From Haplodiscus bocki (taxonomy: Eukaryota), in NCBI GenBank assembly GCA_965655095.1, contig OZ296653.1, forward strand, positions 25,172,001-25,236,000: a DNA stretch of 64,000 nucleotides. Reading direction: 5' to 3'. The notes beneath the pieces were generated by a model. The model had not been told where the DNA came from, did not search any database, and saw only the letters and a program-made list of their open reading frames with translations. A program made the translations under genes and the position numbers. The stretch's first letter is position 1. Every line of letters starts with the position of its first letter. Shown piece by piece: positions 12,301-24,300 of the stretch.

Positions 12301-15300
12301 AAGTAATCCAAACCGAGTATGTTTCTCAAATCTTCGGAAACGGCTTTGAGCCGGATTTTTTTTCGTTTCTTTATTTGAAGTCGTGCTGAATTTGACGTGC
12401 AGTAACTGGGATTCTTCGCAAATGTCCCAGCTAAGTGGCAAATGACTGATATCCCATCCAACACTGCTGCAGAGGTTGTCACACATGGACTGGAGGATAG
12501 AGGTGACCGAACTGTAACAGCCTTTCGTTATAAAAAAATACTTCTCTGGAGGAAATTTTTCTAAAAGCGTAGAACTGTTCCGTTTGAGCAGGTTCCTGGG
12601 AACATACATGGAAATCATTCCGTTACCAAAACGCGGCCGCTCAACAATAGTTTCTTGTGTTGATGTATCACGGTTTTGTTTATCTCGATTGAGTTGATAG
12701 CTGAACAGACCTTCTGTCACGTTTTCAATCAATCCGGGCCATGACAACTCCACCAAGGAAACCTCCCATGTACCGTAGAGGACCAGGGATTGTGGCAGTA
12801 AGGTTGTGAATTTAGCGAGCGTGTTATCGGGAAACGTTGACATGGAAGCGTTAGAGACCAAGTTAATGGTGAAACTTTGCTGTTGACTCATCTTTCACTT
12901 TATAGCCAAGTATTGTGTGCTCTGCTCGTTGTCTTTCTCGAATCGTACTAGCTCGCTCTCGTAGAATTTTCCTCGAATCAACTGATTATTGCAATCTCTT
13001 AGAGTAAGTGGGGGGATTCAGTGTTTCCACTGCTGCAACCTGGAATACCTCCTCAGTAATTTGGATGCGATATCCACGATGCAAAAAGATCTATTTCGCG
13101 ACGAATGCGAACGTTCTGTCCGAGTTTGAACTTTGGTTTTTTGATGGCGTTACAATTTTGTAAGGATACTAGAAACGATTCGTCAAGAGTTTTTCACCTG
13201 GTTTGGCGCCAGCTTTGTGACTTGATTGATTCTGGAATTGATGATGTCAACAAATGCTTGTAATTGTTCATGATACACTTCAGTGTTGTTTCCGTGGAGA
13301 TATTTGAAAATCAGAGCTTTGATTGATCTAATGCTCTTCTCAGGAAACACCGATTTGGTTTAACTACATGTCTAATAGAAATGGATTCCCGATTGTTGAC
13401 AAAAATTGGCAAACTCGCGTGCAAATTCCCGGCCTTGATCTACCCAAAATTTTTCTGGGTCTGGTGATACAGGCCTCGATCCACGGCAGAACCGAGGTTG
13501 CAAAAGTGGTGGACCCCATTTATTGCCCTCAATGACGTCAATTAGAGCTTGTCGACAGGCTGCTGCTGTTTTTCATTTAAGTGGAACAACCCACAAGAAT
13601 CGGCTGAGTGTATCCACTGCAGCAAAAAGAAACGTTATTCCCTGATTGAATTCTGAGAGCTGCTGCATATCAGGCAAGTCAATTGACCAGATTTCATTGA
13701 GTCGGTAACTTTGAACTTTTAGTCTTGTGAAGTTTCTGCAAGCTTGTTTAAATATTGTGTAGGTTTCACTTTTTTGTAGGAAATTGTCACCTTGTTTAAA
13801 GGTGCAATTTGACTCCTTCTTCAGGGAACTCTGGCTTCCAAAAGAGGCAGGATTTTGACAGGACGTGTATATGTTTTGTAGCTTACTGTATGCTATCGTC
13901 TTTTGAGTCGCTGGAACCAAACGACGCGTTGTTGAACACTTTGAACACAAGAAATTCTCCCCTCTATATTTTGAGTACTCGGTTACAGTTGTCAAACCAC
14001 TGCATTTGTAATGAACCCAACCGCAAACGTTGCACCAAATTGAGGGTTGTTTAGGCGATCCTTTTCCGAGAGCCTTTTGACAGTTGCCACAAGTGTATTT
14101 TTTTGCGTTTGCCTTTCGTCGTTTAACCATGATAAACTAAAACTACCGCCCTCTTCTTGGGATGATTTTGACAGCTGTGGTTGTTTACTTCAGCATAGAC
14201 GCAGCCATTTGGCGTGTTCATTATTGGGTCCAGGATATGATTTGAATGGGCTTTCATCGTCTTCGTTTGAGTCACTTTTCATTTTTGATGCCACTTTTTT
14301 AGCAAAAGTGTTTGCGAGAAGGTATCCTGGTATACGCAAACGTCTCACCAAGTCCAGGCTTAAATCGTCAATCTTTTTAGTAGGTACTTGAATATCGGAA
14401 AGAAAATCTAAAACTGCCAATCCAGTGTCTGTGACGTGTAGGCAGATTCTCCCATAAATGTTGTTGATAGAAACATGCTCACTGTTGCTGATTTTTCTAA
14501 GGATTTGTCGGGCTCGCTCGACCTTGCCACCACTCAAACCGCAAGACAAAAGGTCCAACATAACATTTTGATTTCACAGCTGTCGCTGCGTCCTCAGTTC
14601 GTTTGGCGTCAGAGAGAGTGCTCGTTGTTGCTTTGCCGAACCTTGTCTTCAAATTCATTTGCGCACATTCTGATGCTCTTGGAAAGTCACAAGGAGTATC
14701 GATTGAGTTTTCTAGATTACCTTTTGCACAAATTTCCAGACTCGTACTTCTAGTGTCAATCGGGTTCACGAAATTGTGGTTGTCATTTGAGATTTTGCCC
14801 GCTACAAGCGATGAGTATTCATCGAGTGTTATAAGGATGAATTCTTTTGTCCTACCACTCGATGGCATGGCGTACTTCTAAATGACGTGAAATCGAAGGT
14901 TGTATCAAAGCGAGCAGTTTCAATCCGTGGCTAGCTGACAAAATTTGCATTAATCCCACTTTCTTGTTACATAAAATTTCTATCAATCTTCTGTGCCTCT
15001 CAAGTTTTTTCTGGGAAACATTCTGAGCCATTGCAATATGCCCACTGACAATGTTCAAAAGACAGTTACAGAAAAATTTTATATTTTCTTCTGAACAATG
15101 TAAAAGATACAAACGCCTCATGATTGGTTTCATGTTAACGAAAAATTCAAACATATAAAGCTCTTAATGACTCATTGGTCAAGTTTTCTCTAGTATAGCT
15201 TGATGATACAAAGAAATCCGATGGTCCAGTTCGTGAGCAGTTGGAGCAGAATTTTAGTTTAGCATCCGTGTGCGAATCAAAATCAATCATCAAATGACCG

Positions 15301-18300
15301 AAAGGGGCCTGTGTTGCCTTTTTATATGCGTCGATTAGTAGTTGTCGATCTCCCATTTGTCGGCCGAGCACACCTATCTGTTCCAAGTCACGGGGCTCTT
15401 GAACAAAATCATCTGTGTAACATTCAATCGATTGTCTTTGAAAGCTTTGATTGTTGAAGAAGATTATGCTTCAGTGCAATCAAATGGATATTTCGATGTC
15501 TTACCGCAACTACCAAGTTTAGAAAGTATTCATCTTCGCAAGCTTGCTGATACAAATCGTCAATTACCACAAGTGTTCTCAGTTTTTGAGCTTCGCATTT
15601 TTCAACTGCTGACCAGTGAAGGCCCTGATGAAACTCAATGGAATGCTTTTTTGACTGACGCAGTTGACCAAGAGGGTATCGAAATCTTTCTGGTAATGAT
15701 TATATAGGTAAACAATTTTATCAAAACATGGTTGGAAAATTTTGCTTTGATTCTTTAACATATTCGATACTAATTGCGTTTTGCCGCTCCCACAGGGTCC
15801 TACAATGGAAATGAAGCAATGAGGGTCGGTGCGAATGCGCTTATCCATTGTTTTCCTTTTGGTACCAAGTAACCGATGCACGTTGACAAAATTGCGATAA
15901 TCCCAGTTTGCAATGAACTCAGCGAAAGCTAGGTAGGCAATGGAGAAGATTACAGTCGCACCAATCATGAAGTAATGAAAAAAAGTACTAAAAAGGAGCG
16001 GTTACATTCAATCTTGTCCGAACAGCAGCCGCAATTGAGCTGAAATGGAGGTCTTTCTGTTTCATTACCATCAAAGATGAAATCATTTAAGTTTACGTGA
16101 TCTGCCAAATCTACGGCTACAGGCTTGATTGTTGATTCCTCAGTCACTTGCGATGCTAATGTCGTAGTGTCTTTTTTCATTGTGATAAGTGGTTCTTGAA
16201 TGCGTATAAGTTGAATATGATTTGAATTGTTTGGTTTAGTCTTGCTAGATCAGTTAAGGTCAGCCGGATATTCGATTGCTTACCATTGCTATTTTGCTCA
16301 ATCAAAATTTTGGGATTTTGCGTTGGAAGAGAGGCCTTCAGCAAGACTCTCTCGGGAATAGGTAATGAGATGGTAATCGCAGGCAACTCCAGTGCAAATG
16401 ACATCGAGCTCGCCAATTTTTGTAATGATTAGCATGCAAACTGCTCGTAAAGTGTTCCGTGGAACAACTTCAGTTAAAGCCAGTACGCTAAACCAGATAA
16501 ACGTCCAAGCAGCATGTTATCCGCAAGCAGCGGTTTTTCTGTAACTGCGTAAACATAACCCGGACCTAAATCGAAATTACTCTTCATGAATCCAAACGCG
16601 TCGTGAAAAACCGCATGCATACGGAAAAGTTTGAAATAATTCAAGCAACGATCCATGTAGCTTCTGCCGGGACCTATTAGCCCGCCATAGGGAGCGAAAT
16701 CGTTTATATCATTTAGATTTATGTTTTTATCTAGACAGTAGCAAACTGCCAGAAACGCGTTTTCACTTTCCGGATTTCTCGAAAAAAGATAATTTACTTG
16801 GTCGAAATTGTCTTTCAATTGTTGTACAATAACTAACTCTCGCATGATCTCTACGTATCCGAAAAACCAACTGCTTTTGTCCAGTTTTCAATTGATAATG
16901 AATTGGCTACACAAATTGAGCATTGTCATTCATGAAAGAAAACAAATTAGTATCAAAGTTGAAATCTTTTCTCTCATTACCCTCGAAAACAGAGTCTGAA
17001 GCTTCGGTGCATTCATTACTTTGGCACTGGGCATTGGAAAATCCAAGATCCACTTTGAGAACACTATTATGGTGAGCAATGTTGATGTTCCCGAAACCAC
17101 GTTGAAGCAAATTGATAAAATCAATCACACAATCTTTGAAAATTGAGTTGGACTTCTGCAGCTCCGGCAATTTTCTGCACAGATAAAATAGTTTCTCGGC
17201 GTCTTCATTCTCGTCGAACTCACTGTAACAAGATCGCTGTAATTACCACACGTTTTCAAATTTGCATCCCAAGTCTTTTATTGATTCAAATTGCAACATC
17301 GATTTCATTCTCGCGCCATGTATGAAGAGTCGGTTGCCTCCATAACTTGCTTCTCTCTTTGTACAGTTCTCCGGATACGACACTGTAAACAACTTGACAA
17401 AACTGTTTCGAATTTTTAAAGGTGGTTTTGCTCTAGGGATATTTTCACTGATGCTTTCTTTTATGAAGTTCTCGGCTCCCACGAAAGCTTTCAAGTTGAG
17501 GAAAATGTGGTAATTCTCTCCAGCAAAGTTCGAACAAACATATTCTGTTTCAGAAAAAAGTTCCTGTAATGTGGCATCGTATGGTGTATTCACAATGTGT
17601 GCTGCTTAACAGGGTTTTTAGGAAGCGACAAAAGCTTTTGGGCAGTTTTGGTTGCTGAAACTCATTCGCATACCTAACAATTTTCGAAGGAGGCTCTTCA
17701 TGCTCTTCCCATTCGCCTTCTTCAGTAGATGAGAAAACCAAGTAATGGAATTGTGATGGAGCACACTTGTCATCGCGAATTTTCACAGTAGAATGGTCAG
17801 TGATTTCACTTATCTCTTATCAGGTTACTTGTCAGGTTATGCAATTCCGAAATTTCCGTTTCTATGGTTTTTTTCCCAAATCAAATGACGTTGTTGCTAG
17901 CACAGTTCCATTGCCCTTCCCGTGGTTTTGGTTTTTGTCCGAAAACAACGTGCTTTGGTTGTTATACTGTGCTAGCTGCGATCTGGTTTAACATCAAATT
18001 GGTCTCTTCTGTGGGAAGTCGATTTTTTCGACTCCTCACAGTTGCAATTAACAATTATTTTTCATTCTTTGCGTTTCCCCTGGTTTACGATCTTTGGAAA
18101 TTATCGAATGCAAACATGGTGTGGATCAAATTTTGAAAGTTAGTTTTGCATATTTAACAGAAATTTAACTTTAAACTCTTTGACATCGTTCAAAATATGC
18201 CAATCGTACTTCATTTTGTTTTTGTTCAAACAACTTCCATAGCTGTCGCAAAGTTAGACTAGATGAGCTGTTGGAGCTGTCATAAAGTTAAACTAGGAGT

Positions 18301-21300
18301 TGGTAACGTATTAAGATTGAGGAGCAATAATTGGCTCTAAAGGCACGTCCTCATATGGAAAGAGTCATAAAAGGCTCTAAACCCCCCTTCCTATACTACT
18401 GTTTTGTGATTATTTTGAAGAATTCGATAAGAAGGCTTTCCCCGGCTCACCAACTATGGCCACCGTATCGTGATCTCAATGTTTGAGCAACCCGGATAAA
18501 AAGCTATTTTAAGTCCCTGTTAAGGTTTCCGTCCTTTTTAAAGCACCTGTTCTCGGCAAAATTTAAAAAATCCTACACGGCTCATAGAAAACCTCTATAC
18601 ATTCATGGGCAGACCAAGAACCACTAAGCCACACGCGCTTTGATACCTCCTATGTGCCGGAAGCCTCTGAGCAGTTCTTGTCTAGTTTCACATATCCATT
18701 CCTTTACAAAGATGAGTACTAACGTTCATTTTGAGAGAAAGATTTGCAAGTTGATGGACTCCATAAAAGCACAGCTCTATCCTTTAGAGTCTCGACGGAC
18801 CCGCAGGACTTTGTGTCATTGACAGAAGCACTTCTGAGATGAGGAATCGCAGCTTGGAACTGGGCACCGATGTTGATTGCAGGCTCCAGGACCTCTTCTT
18901 CCGATTTATCCTCCACACTGAAGCTGCCCGACACACCTAAACACAAATCATAACTCATAAAACGCATATCGCCCAACAAATTGAATTCAGGAATGGGAAC
19001 GGCCTGTGGTATCCGGTGCGGCATAGAGCACCATGCCCTCTCTCAAACGGCGGAGGAAAAACCGTATATGGCAAACACCGAGCATTGCTCTTTCTCCGTG
19101 CAAAAACAGTAATAAAATTGAGAAACTTGACATAAGTTCTGTGATTTTCAACTTGTCGTAGCATAGCATAGGTGGACTAAAAACTAATTTTCCCATTGTA
19201 CATGTCGAAAGCCACTGGAAGCGTTATTGTTCCAAAAAATATAAATACTCATCTAATAGATAAAGAAATGCTGAAAACAGGTTTTTTTTAACTTGCTGTA
19301 TACGACGCTGTATATAGTTTATGGCAGCGTAAAAACTGTATAAGGTGACGTTAGCTGTATACAGCAAATTACCCATCAGTAGTATAGGGATTCACATGGT
19401 TTTTCGCGGGTCAATCGTTTCGCGGTTGAATCTTTAGTCTCCTTCAATCTTTTCGCAGACTGTTAAATAAAGGAAAGTAAAATGATCACAGAATTGTCCA
19501 CGGCGAAGTTATGAAAACTATTTAACATAGCAGATGTCTAGACATAAATTATTTACAAGCCAAGATTCACCTGCTACTGATTTAGGATTCACATGCGAAA
19601 AGATTGTCATAATCCTAAGATTGGGGTGCAAAAACCATGTGAATACCTATACTACTCCCATCCCTAATGATATTTTAATCCTTCCACCCGTTATATCAAT
19701 GCTAATATTTGAAATTGCATGTGAAAACTACGGCCTGTGAATAGTGCCTGCTTAAGTCAATCATGCAAAAAATGAAGAAAGCTTCTTCAAAAATAATTGC
19801 CGCAGTTTCTTGGTGAAAGCAAACTTGAAAGAAAATAGCGACAATTCTGGGGGTGAAGAGACGTCTAATAGGGAAGGCTAATTTCAAGAATAATGGCAAC
19901 ATTTCTGGGGAAAGACGCAGTCTTATGGGCAGAGCAAATTTTAGGGAAAATAGCGATATTTGCAACGAAAAGTGCCAAGTAAAAATCATAGCACACGCTC
20001 CTAAGGAAAACTTCCGCCCCAGGAAACACTTTTATGAATGCATGGTACTCAAAATAATCAATTCAATAACTACAGCACTAACTGCTTCGTTTCAAAGGTT
20101 TGTTGACAGAGGAAATGGGCGTGGTCGCCGCGAACTGAGAGGCAAAGAGACCACTGCCATTGCGTAAGGGACAAAGCATTGGAGGTGGCGTGTAAGGCAC
20201 AGCCGTCGCAGGTCCAGATGAATCTCCTCCCCCAATGCCTCCGGCTGAGGGACAGTCCCCGGTAGAGAGCCCTGTTTCTTTCTTTGATCCTCCTATACTT
20301 GGCGCAGAAGATGAACTTATCTTCAGATTTGATGAAAGTCGGCCCAGACCTGATTTGCCCTTGGCTATGAAGTCGTGTCTGAAGCATACATACAAACCGT
20401 CTAGTGATTACTTTCATCTAACCGTTTAAAATCTGGCGTGAAAAGTTCGCAAACTAGGCTGAACAGGGAGCATTGGTAGTTCAATGTTCTTTAAGGTCAC
20501 CTACGTGACCCAAAATATTCCTCTTCATATATTCAACAATGAATATCAATTACTCGGAAGGTAAATTTATAGCATTCACCTGATGCTTGATTCTAAATAC
20601 TGTATGCGTTTTCTTTTCTTTTCATATCTCACGTTACAAAAACATTACAAGATCGTTTTTAGCTTTTCAAAAAGTATGTTCAAACAAAAGAAGCACAAAC
20701 CTTGGTGACCTGAGCCAACTCTGGTACACACCAGTTCCTCCACTGCCAGTAGACGTGCCGAGATAGTCTCGTGCTATATTCAAAGACGGAGGTTTTGATT
20801 TACGTTTTATGCTTTGGTAATTGGGTAACGAGGATCGAGGATCGTGGGGAATCTTGAAGATGCCTCCTTCGGATGGTGAGTCATCCTGTGAACTGGATTC
20901 GCTGGTTGTGGTCGCTGAATGATGTCTTGGGGGCCCCACGGCTGACGGCGAGCTAACAAGGTCAGCGGAGTCACTGTCGATTGAAAGCGACGCTTCCGTT
21001 TTACGATGTTTAGCTACAGCAGAAAGATTTTCGTCAAACACCACTGCTGACGTCGCCACTCTTCCCATCCCATTATTTACCCCCGTAGAAGCCGTTAAAG
21101 GGGACACCCCAGGAGAAGAAGTTCCACCCGGAGACTGTCTGATAGGACTTCTAATGGTTCCTTTAGGTGTCGTTGATATGTTTTGATTACCTAAACAGCC
21201 AAACTTACCAGTGTTTCCAAAATATTAGTGAATTTTAAATGTTAATACCGTATTAACACTCATTAGCTCCAATTACAGAAATTTTACCCAAGGCGTATTG

Positions 21301-24300
21301 GCATTGCCGAAACCAAATTTACAACTTGGATGTCCGGAGAGGGATCTAGATGCCCTAAAATTTGCAGTCTTTGCATCATTTTAGGAATACTAGTTTTGAG
21401 AAACCATCAAAGAGATAGACAATACTATCACATAAAACCTAATTTGATTTAAATTTGAGGAAAATCCGCATTCTTTACAATTTCAGGAAGGCGAAACAAA
21501 GCATTGATACCAACAATGCCCATTAAATTGTCCAGAGTACCTCAAGGAACTTTTATAATTTTTGAATTTTACTAAAAAAAAAACAGCAATAAACCGTATT
21601 ATTTTGACACTAACCCTTGAATATGTGATAGGAAGATACGATTGGTGTATTTTTTGTTTCCATTGGTGATTTGGGAGGTACATCGAAAGTGAAAACACTG
21701 TCGTTGGTTTTGGGCGTTTCCAAAGGTGTAATACCCGTGGGCATTTTCATTTGGAAACCACCACCCTCGTTCGAAGCCCCGCCTAGAGGCGGCATAAAAG
21801 AGCTCCCATCAGTGTCTTTATTATTTCTTCCTGAAATGTGAGCACCGCTTCTTACACCACAGCGTAAGAGATTTTCGTTTGATTCTGAGAAATGTCCGTG
21901 GTACTGCAAGGCTCTGTCGCTGAATGAGAAATGGGCAGAGTAGTCTGATGGGTTAGTAGGGGTAGCGCAAGCAGCTGCAGAAGTGTTGTTATTCATAGAG
22001 TTTGGCTGCTGAACTTTGCTGGGATGAGCGCAATAGGCATTCGCAGAGCCGGCCGTACCTTGAAAGTTGCTTTGCTGTCTAATAGTTTTATGATCCACGG
22101 CCGCTAACACGCTGATATTTTCGTCCGGAGTATATGGCGTTCGCTCTCCAGCAGCTATTTGTGTCGAGCAAGAGGAATTGCTGCTGGAGCTTTTATCAGA
22201 CAAGCGACGTTTCATTTGCAGTTCACGTTCACTTTTCTCTTCGTCCATCTGCTTCAAATCACTCGTTATGTATTCATCAACAACGTTCAAAAACTCATCC
22301 AGAGGCTGTTTTGGATGCAATTTTGTTTCATCAACCGACGCGCTTCTGTATTTATTGCATTCCGGCAGAGGAGAAGACAGGTCGTCCAGAGAACTTATCT
22401 CCAGACTTCTGTGCGCCGGTCTTACAGAACTAGGTCTTCCTTTGCTACCTGTCATGGCGGATGCGGTCGTAATTCCACTGGGCATAGAAACTCTTGTGGG
22501 TCTAATGGCTGTCGTGAACCGATTAGGACTCGGATGTCTCATGGCTGACTGGCTATTCAAACCAGTAGGTGAGGCCATCTCCGAGTTCGGGAGATCCTGT
22601 TGTCTCGAATTTTGGTCAGTTTTTAGCCGAACCAAGTTTCTCGACGTCGGCGAACTCCAAGGACTTTGTGCCATCTTCAGAAGTTTCTCTCCTTCGAAGA
22701 ACTTTCCTTTTAGGCTTCTTTCCAATAAAGGACAATGCTCTTCATGGGCTTGAAGTTTGGTGTCATTTGTAAGATTTTTTGAACAATTGGGTGTTGTTAG
22801 ATCAGAGTATGAAGTTAACGGCGGGCAGGAAGTCGTTCTTTTTGAAACTCGCAATTGGCAGTTTCTGCAGAAATGAAGGTGTTGCTTTGCCAGAGAATGA
22901 TGTACAGTTTTTGTGTAAGGCAAAGGATTTGAAAAGCAACGTCTCTTGTCATATTCTGAAACAAAAGTAATTGCTTACCCAGCCAGTAAATCGAAGCAAG
23001 GGGCAACAATGATTAGATATCCAAACTTTCAAAATCCAGTTACAAACGCAAATACTTCATTTCACGGTTCTTCAAAAAACGGGTTCATCAATTGCCCAAA
23101 TCAGCCTGCTCTCAAATCCTCATTTCAGGAAGTGGATATGAATGTTCTACAAACCAATTCCTGCCAAAGAAGATGATCTAATGTCCAGATGATTCCTTTT
23201 CGAATAATCCACAGATAGAAAATTGTAATAATGTCTATCGGGTGAAACAACTCTATCAGCAGTTTTAGTCTGGGCCTCAAGAACTGATAGTGTGGAATTT
23301 TCCAAGCGGTGGTGACAGACTTCGGTGAAACATTTGGTTGCTTTCACACGTGAGTGGTATGTTTGGTTAGTAGGATCAGTTTTCCAGCTGATTCGCTTCC
23401 TTTTACGAGCTCCTTTTTCGGTAGGGGTCTGCAAATAATGAAATGTCAAAACACCGAACTGATCATGGGGATACAAATGCACTGATGTATTTGATACAAG
23501 CAACCTTCCTGCCTGGTTTCAAAGATAACTATTCACTGCTAATTAGGAAACTCAAAATGATAAAACACGTTATTACTGATAAACATCAAAAAAACGAATA
23601 AAAACTTACTCGTAAGTAGCTCTACGGGATCTTCTTAGCAAATTTAATTTTGAAACATCACCTTGTCGATCAGAATTCGCTTTTCTCATTTTAATTGATT
23701 AATTTTTTTTCGCATTCTTATTAATTCTCAAACTACGGTTTTACTGAAAACAGGAACTAACATAAAACGTTTTTGTTAAAGAGATTTCCACATTAGAGAA
23801 CCATGAAGTTCGTATAAAGACGTCTTTTCCAACAACAAAGATAGCCACACAAGGCGGACAGGACTTCAAAAAATTTGGAATTTTTTATCAGCTTGATCTC
23901 ACCAGCTCGATGCTTGTCCATAGCTTTACCCCTTTACTCTAAAGCCGTTTGCCTGCAAATTAGGAGAACAATCAAAAATTTTCAAATTTGGTCTGTGGCA
24001 TTTTGTATTAATATAGTAATATGATTTTTTTTCGAAATTGGGCGTTCTCAACATTACTCCACTACTATGATGGTCCGTATGCTTCCTCTTATACTCACTT
24101 TCCTGCCTTTAGAAAATAATTTCAAGTTTTTCATCTTTTGACTGGTGGGGAAGGGGATTAACACTATAAAGATCCCAATTTTTTTCAACATGTCGCACGA
24201 AAATGCTTATGTCGAACGAAGTCGCAAAATGTCGAACCAAAAAGCGTCGAACAACGAAAACCAAGTACCATTAAGCCTAAAATATCTGGTAGAATTTGAG

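Larger units (their letters stand above)
3436..18400. mobile_element. Full-length, decayed Polinton/Maverick (adintovirus-like) endogenous DNA virus, 14,965 bp
   Basis: Termini AGTAGTATAGG...CCTATACTACT; 6-bp TSD GTTTTG at 3430-3435 and 18401-18406; core gene set pPolB, PRO, MCP, mCP, INT, ATPase; many stops and frameshifts. Confidence 0.97.

Noticed and set aside
12895-12930. Residual chromodomain in integrase tail (QYLAIK resembles YLVKW)
   Set aside because: Only a few residues, with no E.I motif or W..Y cage, and the stop follows immediately.
22134-22772. Several plus-strand ORFs up to 191 aa
   Set aside because: Antisense shadows of the 1341-nt host exon.
23610-23690. Short ATG-initiated segment (MRKANSDRQG..RATY) ending at a strong gtaagt donor
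   Set aside because: Ends in phase 2, which does not fit the next acceptors (phase 0 at 23428, phase 1 at 22955); not needed for the gene model, though an alternative first exon cannot be excluded.
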